Assembly (NCBI GenBank): GCA_036679645.1 | Contig: JAZDCY010000060.1 | Coordinates: forward strand, 1 to 64,000 | Origin: Gemmatimonadota bacterium | GTDB lineage: Bacteria > Gemmatimonadota > Gemmatimonadetes > Gemmatimonadales > GWC2-71-9 | Direction of reading: 5' to 3' | DNA: 64,000 nt | The notes under the pieces: model-generated | What the model was told of the DNA's origin: nothing | The model's input: the letters and a program-made list of their open reading frames with translations, nothing else | Databases searched by the model: none | Shown here: in pieces, positions 39,974 to 50,549 of the stretch | How the letters are laid out: every line of letters starts with the position of its first letter | How positions within the stretch are numbered: position 1 is the first letter of the stretch | Made by a program: the position numbers and the translations under genes

Positions 39974-40003
39974 AAATTGCAATCTGAAATCTGCATTCTG
40001 CAA
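39974..40003 (-). repeat. degenerate heptamer tandem repeat (GCAGATT-like)
   Basis: Minus strand TTGCAGAATGCAGATTTCAGATTGCAATTT directly after the ALDH stop. Confidence 0.8.
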
Positions 40004-41584
40004 TCACTCGTCCCCAAACGTGACACCTTGCGCCAGCGGCAGGTCCGTACTCCAATTGATCGTGTTCGTTTGTCGACGCATGTACGCTTTCCATGCGTCG
40101 GATCCCGACTCGCGCCCGCCTCCGGTCTCTTTCTCTCCACCGAACGCACCACCGATCTCCGCTCCGCTCGTACCGATGTTCACGTTGGCGATACCGCAGT
40201 CGCTGCCGCGCTGCGAGAGGAACATCTCCATCTCGCGCATGTTCTCGGTGAAGATCGCGGACGCCAGCCCCTGGGGAACGGCGTTGTGGAGCGCGATCGC
40301 CTCGTCTATCTCCGAAACGGCGTCGGTCGGTGACGCGTCGGCGTTGCCGTAGCTGATGATATACAGGATGGGTGCGAAGGTTTCTTCCTGCACGATATCA
40401 AACTCGTTCCGCGCTTCGGCGATGCACGGCGTGACATAATGGCCGCCGGGGAAGTCCGGTCCGTCGAGTTTTTCGCCGCCGCAGCTAATAGTGCCGCCTT
40501 CATTCTTGATGCGGTCGATGGCTTTCATCATGTCGTCCACTGCGCCGAGCGTGACAAGCGGCCCCATGAGCGTGCCGTCCTCGCGGGGATCGCCGATAGT
40601 GATACCGTCGTACGCTTTGACTAGTCGCTTGACGAGTTCGTGCTTGACCGACGCGTGGACGATGATCCGTCGCGTGGACGTGCAACGCTGACCTGCCGTG
40701 CCTACAGCGCCAAAGAGGATAGCGCGGAGCGCCAGGTCGAGGTTTGCGCTTGGGGTTACAATGATGGCGTTGTTACCGCCAAGCTCGAGGATCGTACGGC
40801 CGAGCCGCTTGCCAACGACCTGTGCCACCCGATAGCCCATCTTACAACTGCCCGTGGCGGAGACGAGCGGAATGCGGGTGTCGTGGAGCAGACGGTCGCC
40901 GACAGTCGAACCCTTGCCGACCACGAGCGAGAAGATGGCGGGATCCACGTCGTTCTCGCGGCACACCTGCTCGGCAATCCGGGTGCATGCAATTGCGGTG
41001 AGCGGTGTCTGGCTGGACGGCTTCCACACCGTACTGTCGCCGCACACGCATGCGATAGCCGTGTTCCAACTCCACACCGCCACCGGAAAGTTGAAGGCGC
41101 TGATTACGCCCACGACGCCGAGCGGATGCCACTGCTCGTACATGCGGTGGTCGGCCCGCTCAGAGTGCATGGTGAAGCCATAAAGTTGCCGTGAGAGACC
41201 GACGGCGAAATCGCAGATGTCGATCATCTCCTGGACCTCGCCCTGTCCCTCCGCGCCGATCTTCCCCATCTCGAGCGTGACCAGTGCGCCGAGTTCGGTC
41301 TTCCGCTCACGCAACCGATTGCCGAGTTGCCGAACGATCTCGCCCCGCTTGGGTGCGGGCACGGTGCGCCACGTGTGAAACGCGGCATTGGCCCGCTCGA
41401 CGATTCCATCGTACTCGTCTTCGGTGACCTGTTGGACGGTGGCGATGCGTCTGCCGTCGATGGGGCTCGTGACCGCGAGGTCCGGGCCGGACCCGATCCA
41501 ATCACCGGCGAACCCACCGGAATTGGCGTCCTGAATGCCCAGTTTTTGCAGAAAATCAGCTGCCGCAAGAGATATTGAAGCCAT
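40004..41584 (-). CDS. aldehyde dehydrogenase family 7 (alpha-aminoadipic semialdehyde/P6C dehydrogenase-like)
   Basis: GEVQEMIDICDFAVGLSRQLYG, SAFNFP, LELGGNN, GTAGQRCT, GAEIGGAFGGEK, SDAWKAYMRRQT. Confidence 0.93.
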   Translation of the reverse strand: MASISLAAADFLQKLGIQDANSGGFAGDWIGSGPDLAVTSPIDGRRIATVQQVTEDEYDGIVERANAAFHTWRTVPAPKRGEIVRQLGNRLRERKTELGALVTLEMGKIGAEGQGEVQEMIDICDFAVGLSRQLYGFTMHSERADHRMYEQWHPLGVVGVISAFNFPVAVWSWNTAIACVCGDSTVWKPSSQTPLTAIACTRIAEQVCRENDVDPAIFSLVVGKGSTVGDRLLHDTRIPLVSATGSCKMGYRVAQVVGKRLGRTILELGGNNAIIVTPSANLDLALRAILFGAVGTAGQRCTSTRRIIVHASVKHELVKRLVKAYDGITIGDPREDGTLMGPLVTLGAVDDMMKAIDRIKNEGGTISCGGEKLDGPDFPGGHYVTPCIAEARNEFDIVQEETFAPILYIISYGNADASPTDAVSEIDEAIALHNAVPQGLASAIFTENMREMEMFLSQRGSDCGIANVNIGTSGAEIGGAFGGEKETGGGRESGSDAWKAYMRRQTNTINWSTDLPLAQGVTFGDE

Positions 41585-41606
41585 GGATTCATCCACCAGT
41601 GGGTAC

Positions 41607-42830
41607 TTACCGCTCCGGCTCGAGTTGGTCGGCGTCGACGGCAACCGCTTCGAGCCAGCGCAGAGTGGGGGGCAGCAGGCGGAACGCGTCCGCCGGATAG
41701 ACCGAGCGAGGATTCCAGAGCACCCACTCGCCAATTCCCAGCTCTTCGGCCGCCCGGATCTGCGCGCGGATCATCTTCGCGTCATACCGCACGCGGTAGA
41801 TCGTGAAGGCTTGAAGATACGGTCGAATCTGCGGGGGATCGTCCATGGCGGCCGCTCGTTCGAGTCCATCCTGGAGCGCACGCCGAACGATGCCATAGGG
41901 CTCGCCGTTGGGGTGCTGGATGCCGAAGGCGCCCCGGTAGTAATGGCTGGGATAGACCATCGGCAGAATCACGTCGGCGAGCGGAGCGAGGTCGGACCAT
42001 CGCTGGCCGATCCCGACATCGCCGTTGGAACTCATCGTGAGTCCAAACACGTCGAGCGTGAACGGCACTCGCAGGTGCCCGAGCCGGTCCCGCATGAGTC
42101 GTACGTTGCGACGCACCGCCGCGTGGAACGGCTCGCGCGCATGGCGCGCGGGGAAAACCGCGTACTGGAGCAACTCGTGCGGCTCATCGGGGAAGCGGAG
42201 ATAGTCGAACTGCACCTCGCGAAATCCGAGCAGGACCGCCTCTGCAGCTATATCCGCGGCATACGTCCAGACCGAGTCGTTGTACGCATCGACCCACTTG
42301 GAATCGATGCGGTCGTGCCAAAACCCGCCGCGGGAATCCTGTACCGCCCACCCGGGTTTTTCCACCGCGAGCAGTGGGTCTTTCGCGACGACGATGCGAG
42401 CGATCGGGTAGATGCCGTGCTCGTGTAGCAGGGCGATGCGCGCGGCCGCGTCCCGCGCGCGGATCATCCCGTTGGCCCCTACTTCGAGCGCGGTGGGGAC
42501 CGACGAACGATACGTCAGGTACCCGGTATCGTCCTTGACGTCGATGACAAAGGCGTTGATCTCGGTTGTATCGGCGAGACTCAATAAGTCGTAGAACCGC
42601 GATCCACCGAACGCCCATGCATTGAGATAGATGGCTCGCACTGCGACCGGCGCCTCACCCGGAGGTGGCGGCGGCAGCTGAATCGATTCGGGTCCTGACG
42701 GCAGGACCTCGGCGAGATAGTTCGGACGCCGGTCGGCGTGATGCCGTAGCGGGTCCGTTGCTTCCTGTGCCGCGCTCGCTGCGGGAACGGCGGCAGCGAC
42801 CGCGAACAGCACTACGAGTACGCGGCGCAC
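41607..42830 (-). CDS. putative glycoside hydrolase (DUF4015-like), secreted
   Basis: VRAIY, INAFVIDVKDDTG, IARIVVAKD, EVQFDYLRFP, PMVYPSHY, RPYLQAF. Confidence 0.85.
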   Translation of the reverse strand: MRRVLVVLFAVAAAVPAASAAQEATDPLRHHADRRPNYLAEVLPSGPESIQLPPPPPGEAPVAVRAIYLNAWAFGGSRFYDLLSLADTTEINAFVIDVKDDTGYLTYRSSVPTALEVGANGMIRARDAAARIALLHEHGIYPIARIVVAKDPLLAVEKPGWAVQDSRGGFWHDRIDSKWVDAYNDSVWTYAADIAAEAVLLGFREVQFDYLRFPDEPHELLQYAVFPARHAREPFHAAVRRNVRLMRDRLGHLRVPFTLDVFGLTMSSNGDVGIGQRWSDLAPLADVILPMVYPSHYYRGAFGIQHPNGEPYGIVRRALQDGLERAAAMDDPPQIRPYLQAFTIYRVRYDAKMIRAQIRAAEELGIGEWVLWNPRSVYPADAFRLLPPTLRWLEAVAVDADQLEPER

Positions 42831-45136
42831 TAATGGTCCCGGAGCAGCGTGTTGAAGAGGAGCGGATAGGTCGCGATCGTCTGGGCGCGGTACTGCGGCC
42901 GGAATCCAAAGAGCACCACATGCCCGTTCCCGACAGATGCGTCCACCATGGCGGCCTTCCCGGCTACGACCTCGGGGCCGAGTACCCAACCCGACAAGAG
43001 CACGTCCTCGGGGTTGCTGGGATACCACGCAACGACATCGATCGAGTCCGAGTTGGTGACCTCGAGGGCAGGGCTGTTCTGAAACCACGCAATGCTGTGT
43101 GACGGCATGCCAGCGGTGAGCGGATGGGTTGGGTCGAGATCGAGTCGGAAGATGCTGCCGGGAGCAAAGAACTGATCGCTCTCGAGCCCGTCCGTGGCGA
43201 CGCGCACGGGGAGATCGAAGGCCGAGATGGCCCACTCGGTGGCATCGTCGAGCGTCACAAGCGTGCCGCCGTCGCGCACAAAGTCTCGCAGCGCCTGCAC
43301 GCCGACCTCACCCAGACCACCCGAATAGGGTGCGGGGTAGTCATCTCCCCGGCCCTCGACGAGGTCGGCGCGCGACTGGCGCGGAATCACGATGACGTCG
43401 AATGAGGCGTGGAGGCTCCCAGCTCGGACGGTCGAATCGACGACTGACTCGTACGGGACGTGCCACGTATCGAAGATCCACCGAGTCCACCCCTCGTCCA
43501 TCGAGGCCGCGTAGGACTTGTAGAGCCCCACGCGAGCCCAGTTCCCGTCACCAGCTGCGTACCGTGGCGCCGGGGCGGCGGGCGGGTCGATCGGATCGGA
43601 GAGCCGGACGGCCACGCTGTCGTGCACGCTCTCAACCTGCACGTCCATGAGCAACGGCAGTGTGTGCGCTGTCACATCGTAGGGTGGGCGAGGCGGACCG
43701 CCCGGGTATTGGCGCAGGTCCGGGTAGTGTTGTCGCTCGAGCAGCGCCTTGGCAAATGCTCCATACGGTTGGCGCAGAACGACGAGGTAGGTCCCCTCTG
43801 GGTACTCGCGCCCGCCGGCAGCGAACGTGCCGCGCGCGGTGCGGATCTCGACAGCGCCACGGTGGAGGATGCCAAGAAGGGTCGCGAGACCAATGGCGTT
43901 CTCCTGTACCGCGGGGATCGCGAACGCATACGGCCATCCCTCCCATCCCTGTACCGCACGTTCGCCGATCGCGAGGAAGTTCTGGAGCCAGGTCCGTCGG
44001 TTCGCCGCAGCGTGGTCCAGCAGTGCGATCGCGCCGGAACTCATGTAGTCCACGATATCGGCGAGCGTCCATTTTCCGCCCGGCCATGGGTTGGGAAAGT
44101 TCCAACTGGGGGTTTGGGCGTCGAAACCGCGTCGCCCGCGCAGGTCAGCGAAATCGACGTCGATGGGCGTTGCCAGTCGCGCGCTCGCGGTCTCGGAGAG
44201 AATGCGCACGCCCGCGTGGTAGTGCTGATATGCGCGCGCGGGCGTCCATGCGTCGTAGGTGGCTTGGACGACGATCCCCTTCTTACCTTGACCCGCCAGC
44301 TCCCACGCCATGTGCGTGCCGAGCGAGTTGAAACCGGAGACGATGAGCGGATCGACGTTCGGCTCGACCGGATCGAGAAACGGCGGGAGAAAGAAGCGGC
44401 TGCCTTGCGAACCCTGTTGGTGAATGTCGTGCACGATCTGCGGATGCCACGCGTTGTGCAGGCTGTCAATCGTAAGCTGTGTTTCGACCTGCGTGAACGC
44501 GTACCAATCGCGGTTGTTGTCGTGCCCGACATAGTGATGGTACAACTCGGGCGGCGACGTCCCTTCAGCCGGCGTCCCGAGAGTCTGGTTATACCAGCGG
44601 CTCACGATCGTGACGCCGTCCGGGTTCAGCGACGGGACGAGCAGCAACACCGTCGCGTCGAGAATGTCCAGAATGCGAGGCTCAGACGATGTCGCGAGCC
44701 GGTGCGCGATGATCGTTGGGGCGAGATGCCCACCGACCTCAGTTGAGTGAATGCTCGAGGTGATGAGCACGATGGTGCGCCCATCGCGCAGCAACCGGTC
44801 GCGTTCGTCGGACGAACCGATACGGCGCGGATCGGCCAGGCGCGCGTTCATGTCGCGGATCTCATCGAGCCGCTCCATGTTCGCGGGGCTGGTAATCACG
44901 AGGGTGACGAATGGGGCGCCAAGCGTCGTCTTCCCCAACTCGCGGTACTGCACACGGTCGCTGGCCGCCGCGAGCCGCTGGTAGTACTCAACCAACACCG
45001 GCCACTCGACCAGCTTGCGGTCCGTCCCGGGTACGAATCCTAGGACATCCTCGGGAGCGGGTATCCCCTGCGCGGCGAGGCGCCCGGGGACGGAGGCGGC
45101 GAGGAGGAGGCAGAGCACGACAGCGGTCCGAAACAT
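42830..45136 (-). CDS. M14 family zinc carboxypeptidase with C-terminal GATase-like domain
   Basis: Signal peptide; SIHSTE, NPDG, DNNRD, DIHQQG; GFRPQYR. Confidence 0.88.
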   Translation of the reverse strand: MFRTAVVLCLLLAASVPGRLAAQGIPAPEDVLGFVPGTDRKLVEWPVLVEYYQRLAAASDRVQYRELGKTTLGAPFVTLVITSPANMERLDEIRDMNARLADPRRIGSSDERDRLLRDGRTIVLITSSIHSTEVGGHLAPTIIAHRLATSSEPRILDILDATVLLLVPSLNPDGVTIVSRWYNQTLGTPAEGTSPPELYHHYVGHDNNRDWYAFTQVETQLTIDSLHNAWHPQIVHDIHQQGSQGSRFFLPPFLDPVEPNVDPLIVSGFNSLGTHMAWELAGQGKKGIVVQATYDAWTPARAYQHYHAGVRILSETASARLATPIDVDFADLRGRRGFDAQTPSWNFPNPWPGGKWTLADIVDYMSSGAIALLDHAAANRRTWLQNFLAIGERAVQGWEGWPYAFAIPAVQENAIGLATLLGILHRGAVEIRTARGTFAAGGREYPEGTYLVVLRQPYGAFAKALLERQHYPDLRQYPGGPPRPPYDVTAHTLPLLMDVQVESVHDSVAVRLSDPIDPPAAPAPRYAAGDGNWARVGLYKSYAASMDEGWTRWIFDTWHVPYESVVDSTVRAGSLHASFDVIVIPRQSRADLVEGRGDDYPAPYSGGLGEVGVQALRDFVRDGGTLVTLDDATEWAISAFDLPVRVATDGLESDQFFAPGSIFRLDLDPTHPLTAGMPSHSIAWFQNSPALEVTNSDSIDVVAWYPSNPEDVLLSGWVLGPEVVAGKAAMVDASVGNGHVVLFGFRPQYRAQTIATYPLLFNTLLRDH

Positions 45137-45243
45137 CCAGCCCTCTGAAAAAGAAGGACCAGGAGTCTAACGCGCCGAGAGGTGAAAGGCGACCGAGTCC
45201 AAGTCTCGGACCCGGCCGCCGGTTTCTGCTGGACTTCGTTCCC

Positions 45244-46809
45244 CTACGGGTTCTGGCCCTCGATGAGATGCAACTCCACCCTGCGGTTGCGGGATCGGCC
45301 GGCGGCGGTGCTGTTGGTCGCGATCGGTTGATCCGGCCCGTAGCCCTGCGCTTCCATCCGACCCGGGGCTACCCCCTTCTGCGCCAGGTACGCTCGCACG
45401 GCGAGCGCGCGTCCCTGCGAAAGGCGCATGTTGAGAGCGCGGGATCCGGTCGCGTCGGTGTGCCCGGCGATCTCGATGCGCACCTCGGGGTGGCCTATGA
45501 GCGAGGCGGCGACCTGATCGAGCGTGGTGTAGGAATCGGTCGTGAGGGCCGAGCGGCCGCTCCGAAACGAGACGCCCTGGAGGACGAGTGGCCGGGCGCG
45601 TCCCTCTTCCACGACGAAGAGAATGGGACACCCGACGCCGTCCACCTGCTGGCCCGCCCGCGTGCCGGGACAGCGGTCCTGCGGGTCTGGGACGCCATCC
45701 CCGTCGGAGTCGCGCACGATGCGGCAACCCCGCGAATCGACCTCGGTCCTCAAGGGCGTGTTAGGACACTCATCCACCGGGTCGAACACGCCGTCGCCAT
45801 CCTCGTCCGTGGAGCAGCCGCGCGCGTCGACCTGCGTGTCGGCCGGTGTGTCGGGACATTGGTCGAGTCCGTCAAATACGCCGTCGCCGTCCTGATCCAT
45901 GGGGCAGCCGACCTCATCGATCGTGGCGCCCGTGGGCGTGTCGGGACAACGGTCGAGCCCGTCGAGCACGCCGTCCCGGTCCCCGTCGCTGGGGCAGCCG
46001 CTCACGTCGACGGTGGCGCCGGTCGGCGTGCGGGGACAGGCATCGATCCCGTCGAGCACCGTGTCAGCGTCCGAATCGGACGGGCATCCGCGCGCGTCCA
46101 CAGTGGCGCCGCCCGGCGTGTCGGGGCACTCGTCCAGCCCGTTGAGGTAGCTGTCTTGATCGTCATCGGATGGGCAACCGACTGCATCTACGGTGGCACC
46201 CGTGGGTGTGTCGGCACACTCGTCCCGCCGGTCTACCACACCGTCGATGTCCTGGTCTCGGGGCGGACCTCCGAATGTGAAGATCGAAAGCCCGGCGCTC
46301 ACACTGAGATTCATCACCGATTGGTCCGGCCCGCGCAGTGACGAACTGGGATAGAAGGATGTGCGCCCCTCGATGCGGAACGCCGCCCGACCGCCGAGAG
46401 GCATCCTTTCACCGAAGACGACCGTGAAACCGGTTTCATCTCCCGTTCGCGTACCGCGATACGTGGTGCGCTCGAGCCCCGTCCCCAGATACAAACCCAG
46501 AATGCGAAAGTGAAAGAGCCCAAGTGCCGCGAGTCGCGTCACGTTGACGCGGTCGATTGCCGTGCCCTCGTTCGTCTCCGTGAAGTCGCCGGCGGCTTCG
46601 ATCGAGATCAATCGGGAGAAGAAATAGGCGAGCCGACCGCCGGCGCCAAATTCGTTGGCGAGGGCGAGTCCCGTCTCGTCGTACCGGGAAATCCCTGCGT
46701 ATCCGCCCAACTCGATCTGTCGTGCCTGCCCGATTTGGGCTGAGGCTGTCGTGACAAGACCGGCGAATGTGACAAGGAAGATGGCGAGAATAGATGACGT
46801 GCGGCGCAT
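45244..46809 (-). CDS. OmpA family protein: beta-barrel + thrombospondin type-3 repeats + peptidoglycan-binding domain
   Basis: Repeats D.DGDGV.D..D.CP.TP.GA.VD..GC; IAGHTD, LSQGRA, NRRVE. Confidence 0.92.
   Translation of the reverse strand: MRRTSSILAIFLVTFAGLVTTASAQIGQARQIELGGYAGISRYDETGLALANEFGAGGRLAYFFSRLISIEAAGDFTETNEGTAIDRVNVTRLAALGLFHFRILGLYLGTGLERTTYRGTRTGDETGFTVVFGERMPLGGRAAFRIEGRTSFYPSSSLRGPDQSVMNLSVSAGLSIFTFGGPPRDQDIDGVVDRRDECADTPTGATVDAVGCPSDDDQDSYLNGLDECPDTPGGATVDARGCPSDSDADTVLDGIDACPRTPTGATVDVSGCPSDGDRDGVLDGLDRCPDTPTGATIDEVGCPMDQDGDGVFDGLDQCPDTPADTQVDARGCSTDEDGDGVFDPVDECPNTPLRTEVDSRGCRIVRDSDGDGVPDPQDRCPGTRAGQQVDGVGCPILFVVEEGRARPLVLQGVSFRSGRSALTTDSYTTLDQVAASLIGHPEVRIEIAGHTDATGSRALNMRLSQGRALAVRAYLAQKGVAPGRMEAQGYGPDQPIATNSTAAGRSRNRRVELHLIEGQNP
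45625..46260 (-). repeat. coding ~69-nt tandem repeats (TSP3-like Ca-binding units)
   Basis: About nine 23-aa units within the OmpA ORF. Confidence 0.85.
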
Positions 46810-46838
46810 GAGAGCCAATCTATAATTGTTCTCGTCGG

Positions 46839-48251
46839 TCAATGCCACCAAACCCCGGTGCGTGGGGTGCCGGCCATGTCCCTTCCCCCAATCAGGATCG
46901 CGATGGCGCGACCCCTCTGGTCCCAGGCGGCGGGTGCCGCGGCGCCGTCGAGCACGCCACCGCCGAGATCGGCGATCGTCACTTGCCCCGTAGTCGCAAA
47001 AGGCCCAATCGTGCCATCCGCCGCGATGAGAGCGAACTCGGACTCGTCCTGGGATGGCCGACCGCCGTAGATGCCGCCGGCGACGACGAGGGCACGCCCG
47101 AGCACGAAGGCGGCGTGCCGGGAACGCGGCTGCAGTAACGGTGCGAGTTCGGTCCAGGCCGAGTCGGCGAAGAATCCCGTACGTTCCGAGAGCCGCATTA
47201 CCCAGACGCTCGAGCGAACGTTGGCGCCGCTCGTATCGCTGACGTTGGGCGACACCGATCCTGTCTCGCCGCCGACCACGTAGAGCCGGTCGCCGTCTAT
47301 CACCGCTGCAGCGAAAGCGAGGCCCTCCGGAAGATCCGGTCCGTCGAACCACCCATTTATGGTGCCGTTGGGGTTGACGATGGCCGCGTTCACGTTGGTC
47401 AGCGCTAGCGAATCCGCGCCAAACCCTCCCATGACCATGAGATTACCGAATGCCGCAATGGCCACGGCGCCCGCGCGAGCGACGGGGAGAGGAGTAAGGC
47501 GGGTCCAGAGTCCGTACTCGCCGGTCGCTGTGATCCCGATGCCGAAAACGTCGGGCAGAAGCCGTCCCGCCGTATCGATCCCGCCGACCATGTATGCGAC
47601 GGACTCGAGTTCCAGAGACGTGTTGGTGCGATCGACTCCCGCCAGTGCGTGGAGATAGCGAGCCGCCGGAACCACGGAGTCGGGGGCGGGCGTCCATGAG
47701 GCGAGCGCACCGGATGCGTCTATCGTCCCGAGAAATGTGGAGTTCTGAACGACGCCGTCCGCATCGACCCCGCCGTTCAGAACGACGATCGACGCCATCG
47801 TGCCGCCCGACGGGTACCGCAGGACGGCGGAGGCCGCACCCCAGAGTCCCTGGGGCAACGACGCGCCCGCCGTCCACGCTCTCGTGGCCGGATCGAAAGT
47901 ATCGGCTTCGCGGATAAACAGGTCCAGCGGACCGAGGGTCTCGCCCCGCACGAGTAAGGAGACTGGTCCGCTGGCTGCCCCCTGAGGCAGCCGCGCGCGG
48001 ATCTCGCCGTCGCTCCATGACAGCACCTCGGCAGGAGTCTGTCCCTGTGTGGTGCTCACGAGAACCGCCCCCGACCCCTGGTCGGCTCCGAACCCGCTGC
48101 CGCTGCAGACGAAGGTGGCTTCCGGCAGGAGCGCGGCGTGCGCCGCGCCGTTCACGGCGATGAGCCGCGCCGCGATGGAAGTTGGCGCCGCCGAGTCACG
48201 ACACGCGAGCGTCGTAACCGCGAGAGCCAGGGCGACTGTCCGGTTCGTCAT
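46839..48251 (-). CDS. lipoprotein with IPT/TIG-like domain and Kelch-like repeats
   Basis: TLAC lipobox, GSGFG...WSDGEI, repeated (Y/V)xxGG...W...LP..R motifs. Confidence 0.8.
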   Translation of the reverse strand: MTNRTVALALAVTTLACRDSAAPTSIAARLIAVNGAAHAALLPEATFVCSGSGFGADQGSGAVLVSTTQGQTPAEVLSWSDGEIRARLPQGAASGPVSLLVRGETLGPLDLFIREADTFDPATRAWTAGASLPQGLWGAASAVLRYPSGGTMASIVVLNGGVDADGVVQNSTFLGTIDASGALASWTPAPDSVVPAARYLHALAGVDRTNTSLELESVAYMVGGIDTAGRLLPDVFGIGITATGEYGLWTRLTPLPVARAGAVAIAAFGNLMVMGGFGADSLALTNVNAAIVNPNGTINGWFDGPDLPEGLAFAAAVIDGDRLYVVGGETGSVSPNVSDTSGANVRSSVWVMRLSERTGFFADSAWTELAPLLQPRSRHAAFVLGRALVVAGGIYGGRPSQDESEFALIAADGTIGPFATTGQVTIADLGGGVLDGAAAPAAWDQRGRAIAILIGGRDMAGTPRTGVWWH

Positions 48252-48293
48252 CTGTGTGGAACCGATACACCCGCGGCCCACGCGGGGTTCGCG

Positions 48294-50504
48294 CTACGGG
48301 CCGGCGTCGCTCGCGTCCGAGCCCTGGAGGAAGCGCACGCCGGCCGCCAACTGCTCCGACGCGGCCGACAGATCCTGGGCGCCCCGATCCAGTTGTTCGA
48401 TGGCGGCGCGTTGCTGTGCCGCGTCGTGCGCGACGGCCGCTGCTTCTTCCGCCGACCGCTTGGCGGCCTCGCGCGCTTGCCGGAGTGCCGCGTGAGCCTG
48501 TTCGGCCTGGCTGAGGGTGGCGCGCGGCACGTCGACCATGCGCTCGCCGGCTCGCCGGGTCTGTTCGGCAGCCTCGAGGATTTCCTCGAGTCCCTGCTGG
48601 GAGGCGGTCGAGCTGTCGAGCAGTCCCTTCAATGCGGTCGCGATCTCCTCCAGCGTATGGGCGACGCGGTCCAGGACCCGACTCGTGGCCTGCGCGCTGC
48701 GACCCATGCGGCGGGCGGCTTCCGTACTCTCTTCCGCAAGCTTGCGAACCTCTTCCGCCACGACCGCGAACCCCTGCCCGTGGATACCCGCACGCGCGGC
48801 CTCGATGGTGGCGTTCAGCGCTAACAGGTTGGTCTGACTCGCGATCGTCTCGATTGTCTCTGCGAAATGCTCGACCTCCTGAGCGGCATCGTGCAGGTGT
48901 GCCACTTCGCTCGCCCCCGCGTCCACGGTGCCCGCGAGGTCGGCCAGTTCCGCCGCCGCCTTCGCGCTGCTCTGCTGCACGCCGGTTGCCCGATCGGACA
49001 TGGCACGCGTGATCCGCTGCGTATTCTGCGCGGTGGTCATCGTATCCTCGACGCCGGACACCAATGCCTCGAGCGTCTGTTCCGCGTCCGCAACGCGGCT
49101 CACCGCGTGCTCTGCTTCGGTTCCCGCGCGTGAGGCCTTGCCTGATACGTGTTCCGCCGTGGCGCGGATATCGGTGATAGTCGTCGCGACGTCGCGTACG
49201 TAGGCCGTCGCCTGATCGCTCGACTCCACGACGGGGCGCAACATCGATGACAGTGCCAGCGATAGCGCCAGTTGGGGCGCCAGCAAGTTGAGGAGGTCGC
49301 CGTCTTCCCGACGGTACATGCCGGGCTGGTCGTGTCGGACACTCCAGAGCCCCACCAGTCGTGGGCCCTGGAAGAGCGGGATGAGGACTTCCGAGGCGTG
49401 CTGGTCCTGCTCGTCGAGCTGGATGTCCGCGTGTTTCGTGACGCGAGCGGCGACCACTGGTCGTTGGGTTCGGACGGCGACCGCAGTCTTTCCCTGGTCC
49501 GCGCTGAACTGCGCCCGCTCGTGGAAGCTGGTGTCGGCGAGCAATTCCATGTGGTGGGTCTCGGGGATGTACCGGGCGAAACCCATCGCGGTCCACGGCA
49601 CGAGGTGGTGCGTGAATTCCTGGATCAGTTCAAAGCTGCGCTCGATGCTGACTTCGGTTGCCACCGCGCCCGCCAGTCCCTGGACCATACGTAGCTCGTC
49701 GGCACGCACGCCCGTCGAGATCAGCCACAGGATCCCCGTGCTGGCGCCGATCAAGGCGATGACAATCGCTGTCGTTGCCCCAGTGCTAGCGCCCGCTGTA
49801 GCCATGGACGTCCACCCCAAGGCCAGGGCCACCGAGGTGACGTAGACGACAAGCTCCCATTTCAGGGTGAGCCGCGCGTCGTTCCAGGCAAAGAACTGGC
49901 GGAGTGCCAGCTCCAGGTAGAACGTACCGTTGACGACCGCGGGGAGCGCGAACAGGTAGATCGCGAGGGGCACGAGATTCTTGGCGGCGACAGCAGCGGC
50001 CCCCACCGCCCCGCCCAAAGCGCCGTACAGCAGGCCGGCTATGGTGGCACCGAACACCAGGTGTGCCGCCGTCGTGAGGGCGGCACGCGGACGCGCCTGT
50101 CGCAAGCCGATGTCCCCGACCAGGAGCCCCACCGAACCGGACAGGACCGCGAGCTGCCACCCGTCGATCAGCTGGGCGACCACCATGGCGCCAAGGGTGA
50201 ACGAGGCGAATCCCTTGCCGGGGAGCGCCACGCCGAACCGGCGGGTGAGCATGATGGCGCCCGCGAGCACGAGCAGCTGCGTGACGTATGCGCCCGTATC
50301 CAAGCCAGGCGTAGTGCTCACGCTGTAGACCGCCGCTACGAGCATGGCGAGCGCACTCAACTCGATGACAGCCCGCGTGCGCACGGCATGCCGCTGGCGA
50401 TTCACCGTCTGCGAAATAGGCGCCTCGGTAGGGATCGCGGGCAATGTTGTGTAGCGCGAACCTTTAATCAAGCGCGAGAGGTTGGCGTCTGGGAAGGGGT
50501 GCAC
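48294..50504 (-). CDS. methyl-accepting chemotaxis-like protein with multi-TM sensor and GAF domain
   Basis: [38 protein letters not shown]; multiple TM helices; GAF-like SEVLIPLF...VGLW. Start uncertain. Confidence 0.87.
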   Translation of the reverse strand: MHPFPDANLSRLIKGSRYTTLPAIPTEAPISQTVNRQRHAVRTRAVIELSALAMLVAAVYSVSTTPGLDTGAYVTQLLVLAGAIMLTRRFGVALPGKGFASFTLGAMVVAQLIDGWQLAVLSGSVGLLVGDIGLRQARPRAALTTAAHLVFGATIAGLLYGALGGAVGAAAVAAKNLVPLAIYLFALPAVVNGTFYLELALRQFFAWNDARLTLKWELVVYVTSVALALGWTSMATAGASTGATTAIVIALIGASTGILWLISTGVRADELRMVQGLAGAVATEVSIERSFELIQEFTHHLVPWTAMGFARYIPETHHMELLADTSFHERAQFSADQGKTAVAVRTQRPVVAARVTKHADIQLDEQDQHASEVLIPLFQGPRLVGLWSVRHDQPGMYRREDGDLLNLLAPQLALSLALSSMLRPVVESSDQATAYVRDVATTITDIRATAEHVSGKASRAGTEAEHAVSRVADAEQTLEALVSGVEDTMTTAQNTQRITRAMSDRATGVQQSSAKAAAELADLAGTVDAGASEVAHLHDAAQEVEHFAETIETIASQTNLLALNATIEAARAGIHGQGFAVVAEEVRKLAEESTEAARRMGRSAQATSRVLDRVAHTLEEIATALKGLLDSSTASQQGLEEILEAAEQTRRAGERMVDVPRATLSQAEQAHAALRQAREAAKRSAEEAAAVAHDAAQQRAAIEQLDRGAQDLSAASEQLAAGVRFLQGSDASDAGP

Positions 50505-50549
50505 GTTAAACTTCGGTCGCCATCACCCTTACGGGATTCAACTGACCTC

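Noticed and set aside
28251..41584. Complete alpha-aminoadipate lysine pathway cluster
   Set aside because: No homocitrate synthase or lysW/X/Y/Z genes; the genes are scattered on both strands and the dehydrogenase looks LeuB-like.
45625..46260. CRISPR-like or mobile repeat array
   Set aside because: The repeats are in-frame coding TSP3 units with synonymous variation and no unique spacers.
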